This document shows, in pieces, positions 26,030 to 39,417 of a stretch of DNA of 64,000 nt. Numbering within the stretch: the stretch's first letter is position 1; each line of letters begins with the position of its first letter. A program made the translations under genes and the position numbers. This DNA comes from Camelus dromedarius (lineage: Eukaryota). The DNA is taken from NCBI RefSeq assembly GCF_036321535.1, contig NC_087436.1:77378001-77442000 (forward strand). Direction: 5' to 3'. The notes under the pieces were generated by a model, which was not told where the DNA came from, ran no database searches, and saw nothing but the letters and a program-made list of their open reading frames with translations.

Positions 26030-26287
26030 TGTCTGAAAGGAAGAAGAGCTGGACAAAGGGCAGGGAAGATAGAGAACAAATAGGACCCACCATCCCCTCT
26101 ACACCTGTTTCACCGTAGCTAACCACAGTGACATTCACAGCCCAATGGCCACTGCGTAATTTCCAGTTTCCAAGCCTTGTGCACATTTCTCTTTTGCCTA
26201 ACTTTAGCCAGGAACTATACAGGGAAGGGAGTTCTGAGAAACATAGTTTCAGCTTAGCTAAGTGGTTATATTACACAACTATCACAC
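26030..26287 (-). mobile_element. Old MaLR LTR fragment (MLT1I/J-like)
   Basis: actatacagggaagggagttctgagaaacatagtttcagcttagctaagt...actatcaca. Confidence 0.55.
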
Positions 26288-26314
26288 TGCTTTTTTAAAA
26301 AATCATTTATGTAG

Positions 26315-26700
26315 TCTTTCATTTATTCTACAGTTATTTAATAAGCACTTACCACTTGCCAAGCTCCTTGTTAATTGTTGAAGATCCAGTTCTAAATTAG
26401 AGTGCCCCCTCTTCTCAAAATTCAAATTTTTTTCTGGGACAAAAATGTGAAAAACAAAAGTATAAGGAGAAGCACTATTACAAATGGGAGAAAATAGCTG
26501 AGACCCTTTCCAAAAGCATTCACCAGAGAAGCCCTCCTGGACAATGAGACATCTAAACTGATACTTGATGGGCGGACAGATATGAGGAGTTGGGGAGAGA
26601 AGCAGAGGAGCATGAAATGCCCCCAAACCAAGAGATATCATGGTATCTTGGGAGAACTGAAAAAAGTTCAGGACAGCTGGAATGCCAAGTCCCCAGGAAG
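26315..26700 (-). mobile_element. LINE-2 fragment
   Basis: ttatttaataagcacttaccacttgccaagc...agaagccctcctgga...gacatctaaactgatacttga...gggagaactgaaaaaagttcaggacagctgga. Confidence 0.65.
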
Positions 26701-27249
26701 AATGGGTAACCTGCAATGAACAGATTACTGTTTCTTTGGTGAATTGTTATAAAAGCACTTCATTTTTTTCCTGTCCCCATACTCATTTTTATAGTAATTC
26801 AGTTATCTGGATTGCATTTTACAATTTCCTCTGATCCTAGTTAAGATTATGTTTTAATTGGTATTATTGTGTCATAGCAGATGTTTTAAAAATAACTAAA
26901 TCAGATAGAGACTCTATTTTATTTTGAAATCTCAATTTAAAGTTGTCTAAAAGTATAATATAAACAAGAACATGTGTTTAAGCAAACTTCTTTTTCTCTC
27001 TCCATATCCTCCTAGGAACAAATCTTTTACTTCTGGGTGGTCACTATGGTGGTCTTTGTTTTTATACAAAGGAAAAAATATAGGAGGACCCTCCGATAAG
27101 CTAAACCATAGTAGAATTTTGCTTAGAATTAGATGACTAAAGAAACCACAGTCATGCATTCCTTCCTGTGGTTATTATCAGCATGGTCAGTCTCTACTTA
27201 CAATGATGTGCTGCACTATTCAAAACAGAAAAATTGATACATTTGTATG

Positions 27250-27800
27250 GAATGGGCAAAAGAGAGAATGCTTCACCTTAGATTCAAATACCCAAGCTAT
27301 GAAAACTAGAATGTATTTTCAATAAAGTAGATAATTACACAGTGTATACAGGAAAAAAGCAGATAGTTTTTCCTGTATCTACAATAACAAATTCTGTAAA
27401 GGAAAAAATAATAAATATAAAATATTTTTTTAAGTAAATAATGATTAGACAAATAACAAAAACATGTGCATTCTAAATACTGTGATAAGTGCCAATCAAA
27501 TTTCCAGTGGGAGTCTGTGCAATTTTAAAGGCGATTTTAGTATTTTTTTTAAGTAACAGTCAGCCTATGTTCAAGGAGAGCATAAGAAGATCTTATAGAG
27601 TAAAAAAATTATGAATCTACAAATATCTAATCAATGTGACATTGGTACAGAAATAGCTAAGCAGATTCATGGAGATAAATAGAAAACATAGGAACAGATT
27701 TGAGTGGTTGTATATCTTTGTGCATGTTTATATGTGTTTGGGACTCAAATATAATAAATATTTTAAATCAATGGATAAATTACTATTTATTACACAAATG
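27250..27800 (+). mobile_element. Highly decayed old L1 ORF2 fragments
   Basis: tttttcctgtatctacaataacaaat...caatgtgacattggtacagaaatag...aatagaaaacataggaacaga. Confidence 0.5.
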
Positions 27801-28377
27801 ATGCTGTATTTTAACTTGTTATAAAATATGATAGAATATGCATATATTACATCTGATGCAATTCTGATAAAGTCAGATTAAGTTTTAAAAATTGCAAATA
27901 TACATTTTCTTTCTTGCAAGGCGGTGGACTAAGATAATATGGAAACTTCCCACATATACATAGAAATGCTGGGGGATGAAATACAGTAACCAAACAATTG
28001 ACCTCATGAATAAAAATCACAAGAGAGAAAGATACTTGAAATAAATAATGTACTTCCCCTTTTGCCTGCGACAGTCGTGCCATTCAAATGCAAGTGGACT
28101 TCCAAGATGTTTTGGTTTGGATGACTCCTCTAAGTATAAACAGGAACTAGAAACTCATGAACTATTAATGCACCTGGTCTTGGGGTGAGGGGTGGAATAC
28201 AGTGGAAATGGAATTTGTAATTGTGATGTCAGTAAGTTAGAGTGGTGTTTATGCTCTTATAGAAATAGGAAATGAGGTCTCAAGCCCACCAGAGGAGGGA
28301 AGTTGGGGCTCTTAAAGTCTGCAGTGTGGTAAGTGATGTACTTCTTGATTCCTTTTCAATAAAAGACATAATTCCAG

Positions 28378-28755
28378 TTGTTAGGAGTGCCTGGTAGACT
28401 GTCCTTTGCTGCCAATCCCCTTTGGAAATTGTCCCAGCTAAAGAGAGCTGTCACCAAAGCCACACCCCTTTTCCAGGGCGACCAGCATCCAAGTACTGAT
28501 CCACAGTGGTATAAAGGACTGGCCCCGTTTCCTCAGTGAAAAACAATTATAAAGGGCTATACCAATTCCAAAGGCACACAGAGGGTCAGCAGGGGCATTT
28601 AATGTAGTTGCATCACAACTCAGCTTCTTCTACTGTCCAGTATTATTTCCTATTTTTTTCCTCCCAGAGATGTTAATCCCAAGAGCATTCCTAACAAATG
28701 GCTTGAGCACTAAACTCTTTTTCAGTCTGCTTTTCGGAGAACCCAATCTGTGACA
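28378..28755 (+). mobile_element. ERVL solo LTR (LTR16-like)
   Basis: ggaaattgtcccagctaaagagagctg...gttaatcccaagagcattcctaacaaa...cagtctgcttttcggagaacccaatctgtgaca. Confidence 0.8.
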
Positions 28756-28879
28756 TATACACCTAGAAGTAATCTGCCTAATGGCACAGGAAGGCTGTCT
28801 GTTTTTCCAGAATCCTGCATAGGAAGGGAATAAAAGCCTGCTTGAGAAATCTAACTTCTAGATGTGGGCCTAGCCTGAG

Positions 28880-29150
28880 GTGAGGTCCAAGACAGAGATA
28901 TCAAGAACAATAAAACTGATTTCCAATAGCTGGCCATTTATGGGGAATAGGCAAGCAAACAGCCAGATAGAGGGTAGGATAAAGTATGCCTTAAATAGAA
29001 CTACAACCAACAAATACTGTGGTTGCTCAGAGGATGGACTGATTAATGCTGTCTGAGAGGATTTAAGTAGAGCTTTAGGCAAAAATATTTGAGTTTGATC
29101 TGTGATGTACAGCAGTGCTTTCCAAAAGTGGAAAATAAATATGTGAGCAG
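28880..29150 (-). mobile_element. LINE-2 fragment
   Basis: aaatactgtggttgctcagaggatggactgattaatgctgtctgagagga...tttgagtttgatct. Confidence 0.55.
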
Positions 29151-29249
29151 AACAGGTTAGATAACCTGAGGTTAAACTTTTGATGAATAAGTTAATATAG
29201 TCAGTTGAGAGAAAAATTTAAGGTTTTTATAATTTTCTTGGAAATAATG

Positions 29250-29433
29250 ATATATACATATTGTTAATTGCTCACTAGGTGCCTGACATTTTGCTTTGGC
29301 TTAATCAAAATTATTTCATTCAATAGGCTATGGTTTGACATAGGTATTAGTATCCTACTTTACTGATTCAGAAACTGAGGCTTAGTGAGTCTGTTATAGA
29401 ATTTTACTGAAGGTAACATGGCTTATTAGTAGC
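29250..29433 (-). mobile_element. MIR, interrupted; remainder at ~30815-30886
   Basis: aggtattagtatcctactttactgattcagaaactgaggcttagtgag...aaggtaacatggct; resumes aatccaaatccagatct...ttatgctatactgcct. Confidence 0.75.
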
Positions 29434-30800
29434 TATATTAGATTTATATTGTGGTGCAACAAATTACCATAAACTTGGTGGCTTCAAACAGTTCCCATTT
29501 ATTATTTCACAGTTCTATAAATCAGAAGTACAGGTACAGGTTAGCTCAGTCCCATGTTCAGGGTCTCACCACACCTGAGATTCTTATCTGAAGCTTGAGG
29601 GCTTCCCACAAGCTCATTTGTTCTTGGCATGATTCATTTCCCTTAAAGTGGCTGTGACTAAGGTCCCTGTTTTCTTGCTAGCTGTTGCCTGGGGACCACT
29701 GTTAGCAACTTGAGGCTGCCCATAGTTCCTTTCCAGCTGATGCCATAGGAAGTTCACAATGTGAGTGTTGGCTTTCTTCTAGGCCAGCAGGATCTAACCC
29801 TTCTAATGTCTTTATAGATTGCTGTGATGGAGTCTTATATAATGTAAAGTGAACATCCTATCACCAAAATGAGTGACTCTTCCATCACATTCTCAGGTTC
29901 CACCCATATTTGAAGGAAGGTGACTATACAAGGTGTATATACCAGGGGACAGAAATCTTGGAGGCCCTCTTAGAATTGTGCTTACAAATGCAAAATATAT
30001 TCACTCCCCTTCTGAAGTCCTTGAAAGACTCATCCCATCACACCATCAGCTGTAGTCCAAAGTCTCATCATCTAAATAGAAATTCCATAATCCATTCAGA
30101 TCAAGTCCAAAATTGTATCTAAATCTCCTTAGCTTAAAGTAAAAACATCTCATCATCCAAATTATCTTATTGAGGTGCAGGTGAGGCTTCTACTATTATT
30201 CATAAATATAACTCCTGGAGCACACTTCCCCTCCATTTGTGGACCAAGAAAATAAGCAGAAAAATTATCTGTTCACAACATTCCCAACATACATGGTGAG
30301 ACAGGCATATCAGATAATAGTTACAAACATTCTGGTTCAAAAGAAAAGAAATGGAATGTAAAAAGCAGTTCTGGTCCAAAAATGGGTCTGTAATCCAGAG
30401 TTTCTTGGTCACTTTGTAAAAACTCTGAATAATTCTCTATGGCTTTTTGTTCTACCCTCTGGGCTCTTTGTTTCACCCTCTGAGTCATCCTTCCTTGTTA
30501 TGAAAAGTAGCACACTTACACAGTTGAGTAGATTATCCACCTGCTTCTCACCAGTAGAATTTCAGAGGGTCTGACAACCTCTTTTCATCTGTACCTCCTT
30601 TGTTCTTTTAAGGCCAAGTTTGAGATTTTTCTGCTGATAGAATTTTTTCAAGGACTTTTGGGCCTTCCATGGATTTCCATGACATTCAATCCATTAGACG
30701 AAAGCCATACTCACAGATCGTTTTGGGATAATGCCTTCTTTCTCTTTGGCTCCTCTTCTTAGATAGAAGTCCTCTGGTTTGGCTGAGATGTGTGAGGCAA
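29434..30800 (-). mobile_element. MaLR element: MLT1E/F-type LTR (29434-~29988) plus adjoining internal region
   Basis: LTR: aacaaattaccataaacttggtggcttcaaaca...aatcttggaggccctcttagaattgtgcttac. Internal: atgcaaaatatattcactcccc...ccaacatacatggtgagacaggcata. Confidence 0.8.
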
Positions 30801-31199
30801 CTCCTAATCTGTTGAAATAGCTGTAATCCAAATCCAGATCTCTTTTAATCTAAAGCTCCTTCCCTTAATATTATGCTATACTGCCTAGAGCTATTTTGAA
30901 CCGTATTTCTTAATTTAATGTGTTAATGCCAGGATAGATATACAAGCTTTTGCAAAGTATCAGGCACAGGCCAAATTTATTTACCTCCCACCAATGAAGA
31001 GGTACATCCATATTTGCTCAGAAATATAGTTACTTGATACAGAAACTTTTTACATATATAAACATTAATTACAATACTAAACGGTACAGTTAACTATAAC
31101 TAAATTTGTTCTCCTACCCAATCAATTCAATTGAATAAAGTCTATTACTTGTGCTCAACCAGTAAAAACTACTACTTTGGCACTTTTCTGTGCATCTTC

Positions 31200-31678
31200 T
31201 TGGCTTGCATTACTAGTTAGAAGTCTTTTGAAGTAGTAATGGATGGGAAAGTATAATTTTTTTTTTTTATTTCACTTAAGTATTAGGCTGACTCTAAGCA
31301 TCTAGTCTGCAATGGTGGCCTGTAGTGGTGGGGACCTGTGCTCCTTCCATGTTGGTGCTCAGCCATCCTAAACATACATCTTCCACTATGTCCATTATGT
31401 ACTCTAAGGTGACTTCTCTGGCACGGGCCATAACTCCAGCAGATATGGACAAGGGGAAGAACAGAGAGGGTATGGACATTTCTATTTAAGAGAATGACAA
31501 GAAGTTGCTTCCTCTCGCATCCCATTTTTTAAGAGCTTAGTCAACTAGCCATTCCTAGCTGCAAGGGACTCCTAGAAATTCAGTTTTTGGTGAACAATGA
31601 CAGATCTAGCCAAAATTTTTATTATTACAGAAGAAAGGAAAAATGAGGATCAGAGCACCATTAGCAATGACTGCCTCG
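31200..31678 (-). mobile_element. Old MaLR LTR (MLT1J-like)
   Basis: gggacctgtgctccttccatgttggtgctcagccatcct...cttagtcaactagccattcctagctgcaaggga. Confidence 0.7.
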
Positions 31679-33870
31679 TATTTTGTAATTGCTGAGTGTT
31701 GTTGGCCAATACTTTAGGTTTTTATAACTGGTTTTAACCTATCATGTCTGGCTAATCAAGGTAGGCAAATCACATGGGATAAGAAAATCTAAAGTTTTAC
31801 TGTCTTGGGGCAGAGAAGCACATTTAAGGTAACAACCAAATAGGTAAAGAGCAGTAGTCAATAAGAAATTAGTGGAAATGTTTTCCTTTACAAAGGACAT
31901 TATAAATATCAATGGAGCCTAAAGAAAAGTGATAAAAAGCATATCAAGAATTGCCAGCAAAATGTGTGCTGCAGGCATCTGATTGCTTCAAAGGGTGTGA
32001 AGAAGAGAAGACATGACTGGCCATATAAGGACATGGAACACAGTTATGTGAGAAATAAGCACTATTAATTTCATTCAGCTCTGACTCGCATTTCAGGGAG
32101 CTCATCCCTGGGCTGCATAGAATAGTGACTCTATATACATCATTAAACTAAAATCTCATATATATTTAGATTAATATTTGTCTATAACCACTTGAAAAAG
32201 CGCATTTTTCTACAATTGTCATTGCTGGGACTGATGTAACCACAGAATCAGCATAGCTCTGAGAGATACAGGGATACAGTCAGATACCATTTAAATATTC
32301 TTAAGAATTGTGCCCTGGCTATCCTGTAAGAATATGAAACAAATTCAGAATGGTATGAAGCAGAGTCTAGATTCATTGAATCCTAGTAAGTGTTAAAGTA
32401 AGTAGGGTATGACTCAAAACAGAAGATAATCTCTGCTAAAATTGCCTGGGTTGAGAGGTGTGGTGCTATTACCCAACTCTATTTAGAAAGTATGGCCTTG
32501 AATTGATGGTTGTTACAGTGACTAGTGGCCCAGTGTGTCCTTCATGGGCAAGAAAAAAATCCATCTGGATGTCTGGAGTCCATTTTTAATCTTTCGTTCT
32601 GCAAAACATGGTGATCCCAAATTTCTCTTTTCCTTGACATGGATAATTTTCTTTAAAACTCTAGAAGTATTAGAATTGCAAATATAGATGATAAAGGGTA
32701 AATTGTTAGCATAACCTTACTATGTTTTTGTTAAATCTAGAAATGCATAGTTTTATAATAATTTCATCCATCATTTTATTTGATATTTAAAATGTTTTAA
32801 TCAGGGAATTGGAAATAGTATTTAGCAAGTGAGCCTTAGATTCCAATTAAATGTGTATCTGAATAATTTTTTGAGGCTTGCAATTTGTAGGTCAAAAGTT
32901 ATGCAATAATCTTTCATTTTATTAATGAGTCTTAACTGTCTTTACACTTAAGAGTTTAATATATTAGGGTTACTAAAGTTAAAGTACTCTAGCAAATTGC
33001 TAACTTGAAGTTATTGAATTACTTCAAAAGAAAGATAATAACAAATTTATACATGAGTAGTTGAAAGTATTTCAAAGAATTTAATTAAGTTTGTAAATGG
33101 TAGGGATTGTTAAGAAATCTTGGTTTGTTTACATTAGACTAGTTACTTTCATTAATCAAAAGCTCTCTTGAAAGATTATTAAAATTTTCTCAATTTATGA
33201 AAAGAATAATGAAAAAATATAACTTAAAACATTAGGTAAAACAGGTTTGTGATTTTGTGAATTGATTAAATTTGATATTAATTTAAAGAATCTAAATAGC
33301 TATAATTAATTTTTCCAGGCACAAGAGTTACCCTCACAATCACCAAAATTTGACACAGGAATACCTTTTTAGGGGAAGCATAGTAATACCTATATTTTGA
33401 ACAACAAAAATAATATCAGTTTAGACAAAACTAAATAATCTTTTTGTACTTCTAAACATCCCCTACCAGTAGTATATATCCTTTCATACTTTATTCTCTG
33501 CTAACATAAATATATACATTTATATGTCTAATCTTTATTTTCTCTTTTTAAAAAAACATTTTGGACAGCTTTTTTATTGAAGTATAGTTGATTTACAATT
33601 TGTATTAATTTCAGGTGTACAAGATAGCAATTCAGTATTTTTCTGGATTATACTCCATTTTAAGTTATTATAAAATATTGGCCATATTCCCTGTGCTGTA
33701 TAACATATCCTTATAGCTTATCAACTTTGTACATAGTATTTTGTACTTCTTAATCTCATACCCCTATGTTGTACCCCACCCTTTCCCTCTCCCCTCTGGT
33801 AACCACTAGTTTGTTCTCTATATCTGTGAGTTAGTTTCTGTTTTGCATATTCATTCATTTATTTTATTTT

Positions 33871-36800
33871 TTAGGTTACACATATAAGTGAAAACATATA
33901 GTATTTGTCTTTCTCTAACTTATTTCACTAAGTTTATGACCCTCCAGGTCCATCCATGTTGTTGCAAATGGCAAATTTCACTCTTTTTTATGGCTGAGTA
34001 CTATTTCAGTATGCAATGGAATATATTTATACACGTCTTCTTTATCCATTCAACTGTTGATGGACACTTAGGATGCTTCCAGATACTGTCTTTTGTAAAT
34101 AAAGCTGCTTTGAACATTGGGGTGCATGGATCTTTTCAAATTAGTGTTTTCATTTTCCTCAGATATATATCCAAGCATGAATTTGCTGGATCATGTGGTA
34201 GGTCTGTTTTAGTTTTTTGAGGAACTCTATACTGTTCCAAAGTGGCTGCACCAATTTACATTCCCACCAACAGTGTACTAGGGTTCTCTTTTCTCCATAT
34301 CCTCACCAACATTTGTTATTTGTGGTCTTTTTGATGATAGTCATTCTGAGATGTGTCAGATGAAATTGTGGTTTTGATTTGCATTTCTCTAATGATTAGC
34401 AATGTTGAGCATCTTTTCATGTGCCTGTTGGCCATCTGTATGTCTTCTTTGGGAGAATGTGTATTCAGACCTTCTGCCCATTCTTTAATCAGGTTTTTTT
34501 TTTGTTTATTTGTTTTTTGGTTTTTGATATTGATTTGTATGACCCATTTATATATTTTGGATATTAACCTCTTACCAGTCATATCACTTGCAAATATTTT
34601 CTTCCATCCAGTAGATTGTCTTTTTTTATTTGACAATAGTCTCCTTTCTCTGCAAAAGCTTTTAAGTTTAATTAGGCCCCATGTGTTAACTTTTTGTTTT
34701 TGTTTCCTTTGCCTTAGGAGACAGATCCAAAAAGTGTTGCTATGATTTATGTAAAGAGTGTTCTGCCTATGTTCTCTTCTAGGAGTTTTATAGTTTTCAG
34801 TCTTACATTTAAGTCTTTAATCCATTTTGGGTTTACTTTTATATATGGTGAGAGAAAATGTTCCAATTTCATTCTTTTATATGTTGCTGTCCCAATGTAT
34901 GTTCTTGCCTCCTTTGTCATAGATTAATTGGCCATAAGTGTGTGGGCTTATTTCAGGGCTTTCTATCTAGTTCCATTGATCTATGTGTTTGTTTTTGTGC
35001 CAGTACAGTACTGATTACTGTAGCTTTGTAGTATAGCCTGAAGTTACAGAGTGTGACACCATCTTCAGTTTTGCTCTTTTTTTTCTCAAAACTGCTTTGG
35101 CTGTTTGAGTTCTTTTGTGGTTCCATATAAATTTTAGGATTATTTGTTCTAGTTCTGTGAAAAATGTCATGAATATTTTGATAGGGGTTGCATTAAATCT
35201 GTAGATTGCTTAGGGTAATGTGGCTATTTTAACAATATTAATTCTTCTAATTTGTGAAAATGGGATATCTTTCCATTTCTTTGTATCACCATCAATTTCC
35301 TTCATCAATGTTTTATAGTTTTCAGAGTATAAGTCCTTCAGTTCCTTGGTTAGATCCATTCCTAGGTATTTTATTCTTCATGATGAGATTTTAAATAGGA
35401 TTGTTTTCTTGCTTTCTCTTTCTGGTAATTAATGATTAATTAGACTTGCTACAGATTTCTGTATATTAATCTTGTATCTTGCAATGTTACTGACTTTATT
35501 TATTATTGCTAATAGTTTTTTGGTGGAGATTTTAAAGTTTTGCATATATAGCATTATGTCATCTGCAAATAGTGAGTTTTACTTCTTCCCTTCCAATTTG
35601 GATGCCTTTTATTTCTTTTTCTTGTCTGATTGATGTGGTTAGGACTTCCAATATAATTTATATTCTTTGTTAAATAGGAGTGGCAAGAGTGGGCATCCTG
35701 GTCTTGTTCATGATTTTAAAGGAAAAGCTTTTGGCTTTTCACCACTGAGTATGATGTTAGCTGAGGGTTTGTCATAAATGGTCTTTATGATTTGGGGATA
35801 TATTCCCTCTATACCAATTTTGATGTGAGTTTTTATCATGAATAGATGTTGGATTTTTTTCAAATGCTTTTTCTGTGTCTATTAAGGTAGCCATGTGATT
35901 TTTATCTTTCCTTTTGTTAATGTGGCATACCACATTGATTAATTTGTGAATATTGAACCATGTTTGCATCTCTGGAATAAGTCCCACTTGTTCATGGTAT
36001 GATCCTTTTTATATATTGTTGAGTTCAGTTTGCTAATATTTTGTTGAGGGTTTTTGCATTTATATTCATCAGAGATATTGACTTGTAATATTCTTTTTTG
36101 CAGTTTTTTTTTTTTTTTCTAGCTTTAGTATCAGGGTAATGGTGGCCTTGTGGAATAAACTTGGGACTGTTTCCTCACATTCAACTTTTGAAATAGTCTG
36201 GGAGGTTAGGTATTAGCTTTTCTTTATATGTTTGTTAGAATTCCCTGTGAAGCCATCCAGTCCTGGAATTTTGTTTGCTAGGAGTTTTTTGATTACTAAT
36301 TCAGCTTCACTACTAGTGACCAATTTGTTCAGATTATCCATTTCTTCCTGATTCAGTTTGGAAGGTTGGGTGTTTCTAGAAATTAATCCATTTCTTCTAG
36401 GTTGTCCAATTTTTTGCAATAATTGTTCATAGAATTCTCTTATGATTTTTTGTATCTCTTGATTTTGGTTGTAATTTCTCCTCTTTCCTTTCCTATTTTG
36501 CTTATTTTGGTCTTCTGTCTTTTTTTCTTGATAGGCCTGATTAAAGGCTTATAAATTTTGTTTATTTTTTCAAAGAAATAGTTCTTGATTTCTTTGATCT
36601 TTTCTATTGCGTTTTTGGATTTTGTTTTATTTATTTCCTGTCTGATATTTATTATTTTCTTCCTTCTGCTATCTTTGAGATCTGTTTGTTCTTCTTTTTC
36701 TATCTTTTGTTGGTGGATTAGGTTGTTCATTTCAGATTTTTCTTGTCTCTTGAGGTAGGCCTGTATCTCTGTAAAATTCCCTTTTAGAACTGCTTTTGCT

Positions 36801-37286
36801 GCATCCCATTAATATTTTTTAACTTTTTTTATTGATTTATAATCATTTTACAATGTGTCAAATTCCAGTGTAGAGCACAATTTTTCAGTTATACATGAAC
36901 ATGTATATATTCATTGTCATATTTTTTTTCTCTGTGAGCTACCATAATGCATCCCATTAATTTTGTAATGTTGTGTTTTCATTTTCATTTGTCTTGAGGT
37001 ATTTTCTGATTTTTCTCTTTGACTTCTTCATTGACCCATTGGTTTTTTTAGTAGCATGTTGTTTATTCTCCACATATTGGTGTTTTTCCATGGAATTGAT
37101 CTCTAGTTTCATACTGTGGTGGTCATAAAAAATGTTTGGTATAATTTCTATCCTCTATAATTTGTTGAGACTTGTTTTGTGGCCTAGCATGTGATCTTTC
37201 CTAGAAAATGTTCTATGTACACTTGAAAAGACTGTGTACTCTGCTGTTTGGGATGGAATGTCCTGTAGATATCTATTCAGTCCAGC
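33871..37286 (-). pseudogene. Disrupted L1 ORF2 (part of endonuclease, reverse transcriptase, C-terminal domain)
   Basis: Track peptides [20 protein letters not shown]...[41 protein letters not shown]...[14 protein letters not shown] and KLNQEEMDNLN...PGLDGFTG are L1 ORF2p segments broken by stops and frameshifts. Confidence 0.9.
36814..36947 (-). mobile_element. 134-bp young L1 3' tail nested in L1 ORF2
   Basis: Perfect TSD tgcatcccattaat at 36800-36813 and 36948-36961; T-rich tail then attgatttataatcattttacaatgtgtcaaattccagtgtagagc. Confidence 0.9.
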
Positions 37287-37789
37287 TGGTCTAATGTATC
37301 ATTTAATTCAGTTCCTGGGAATTTTGATCTGTTTCCTCTTTCACATTCCTAGCAATAAGCAAGTATATACATGCTCTTCACAAGTGGAGTCTAGATTTTT
37401 TACAGCCATCCTGTTAGTCCCATTTATTTTCATAGCAGCTAAGGAGACTTGTCTTCCCAGTGTCAGAACCAAGGGCTGGAGTGTCCAATATGTGGTTCAA
37501 AATGCTCACTCCACAGGGAGGATCTCCAAGCATGTGTAATCACTCTCCTCTTCTGTATCTCCTCCTAAGGGCACAGGTCTCAATGTGATCACTTCTCTTC
37601 CCTTTCTACCTGTCTCCATGTGGATCTTTCTTGGAGCCTTGGTTGTACGGGATTCTTTCTGCCAATCTCCAGTAAGTTCTCAGTAAGAATTGTTCCACAT
37701 ATAGATATATTTTGAATGTGTCCATTGGGGGATGTGGGCTCATTGTCCCCTACTCTACCATCTTGATCTCTAGATCTTTGGACAAAGAA

Positions 37790-38290
37790 CAGGTAGAATC
37801 TATGGAAGCTACTTTAGTGATACATATCAAAAAGCTTACAACATTCACATTCTTTGATATAGTGATTCTGTTCCTAAATATTTATGAACAAGGACATTCA
37901 TCACAGTCATACTTATAAAAATTAGAATAAATTAAATGTCCAAAGAAAAGACTCATTAAAAATTGTCTTTATTTGGTGAATTATGATGTAGCTATTAAAA
38001 ACTGTGTTTTGAGAACAACTGCATGAAGATATTGCTTAGTAGAAAACTGAGCTATAAACCTATGTTTAAACATGCTTCTAGTCAAAATGAGTGTGTAATA
38101 TAGAGAGATATACTTGTAAGGTATAAAAGAAGACAGGAAGGTATTAAAACATAATTTTAATATCTCAGGGTGCTAGAATTACAGATTCTTAAATGTGTTT
38201 TCCTTATGCATCTCTTTATATGCAGGTTTTTTCAGTGGTCATATATTACCTTAATAGTTATAAATAATAAATGATTTTAAGTTTAATAAT
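37790..38290 (+). mobile_element. Old L1ME-like 3' end fragment
   Basis: ctttgatatagtgattctgttcctaaatatttat...taaatgtccaa...tgatgtagctattaaaaa. Confidence 0.6.
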
Positions 38291-39247
38291 AAAAATAATA
38301 GATTTTCAATTTTATGTATTCATTCACTGTATTCACTAATTCATGACTAGACCTCTTCCATCTGTAACACACAATATTTATTTCCTTGCTGTTTGGCTCT
38401 GTTAGGTTGATGTATTTTTAGCTCATCTAGTTAATCAGTTTGGGGAATGAAATTAGAACATAGTCTTCCAAACTCTAACCAAGCATTCGTTGCCTGAGAC
38501 AAACTGCAAAATAAGAAATAATTTGAAAATTAACTAAAAGAAGCACCAGGACACCAAAAGTGAAAAAAATACTGATTTTGTACAAATATGTTTGTCCAAA
38601 AGTTTAAAATCTTGGACTTTTGAGAAGGTTGGAGAATATTTTTGAAAAACTAACCATCCAAATAAAACAAGTTTGTCTGGGATGCAAATTCATAAACAAA
38701 ATGGTTGTATGAAGTGAGAAAGGCATGAACTTTGTTTGTTTCGATATTATTTTTAACACATTGAAATATTCCAGTAAGTGATTTGAATTGCAATTTAGGA
38801 ACCAACTGAGTCAACAAAATAAATACGACAATTTGATGCCATTTGAGGATATTGGCATTTTATAAAAGAAATTGTCTCGTAGAGTAGATGGTGTTCTGGC
38901 TCAGGTTGCATCTTTTTCTTTTTTTTTCCCCTGGATGGAGATCATTGCCACCAGGTTCAAAGTACTCTCTTGCCAACTCTAACACCATGGAAATAATTTA
39001 AAAGGTGCAATGGATGAAATGCTTCAAGGTAATGAGGCTTTTATGACTGTTTAGGATACAAGGATATCCTTGTACAGGTGATCAAGAGAGGGAACATACA
39101 GATATATCATGCTAATTTGGCAATTTTCACACTTATTTTAGGACCATCGCCAGAAATTCATCAAAGCATCCTTCTCTACAATGTCAGGCTACAGTGGCTT
39201 CTCAGCCTCTACTTAAATGTTTCTAGAACAGAGAACTCTCAATCTCT

Positions 39248-39417
39248 CCCAGGTTCTTAACTTGGGGTTCACAGATGCTGTAGGAGTGCCTAAATGAGTT
39301 TTATGGATCAGATAATGCCTTGAAGTTATATGCAAATTTTTGGATTCATGTGTCTGTTTCCAATCTTAATCAAATTCCCCAAGATGTCAGCATCCTCAAA
39401 AGAGTTAAGAACCACTG
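39248..39417. mobile_element. hAT-Charlie-type MITE (subfamily not assigned)
   Basis: Inverted termini ggttcttaac...gttaagaaccactg; about 170 bp. Confidence 0.65.

Larger units (their letters stand above)
33570..37772 (-). mobile_element. Lineage-specific L1 (~4.2 kb): 3' UTR, most of ORF2 and a 5' UTR-like end; ORF1 absent
   Basis: Begins ttttttattgaagtatagttgatttacaat; continuous antisense ORF2 to ~37286; then a 5' UTR-like segment ending ctctaccatcttga (cf. the L1 start motif caagatggcg). Confidence 0.92.

Noticed and set aside
26303..26716. 137-aa minus-strand ORF
   Set aside because: Lies in a decayed L2 fragment; no coding signature or exon boundaries.
34353..34745. 130-aa hydrophobic ORF and similar plus-strand ORFs (33888, 17502, 10332)
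   Set aside because: Antisense translations of L1 ORF2/3' sequence, a common artefact.
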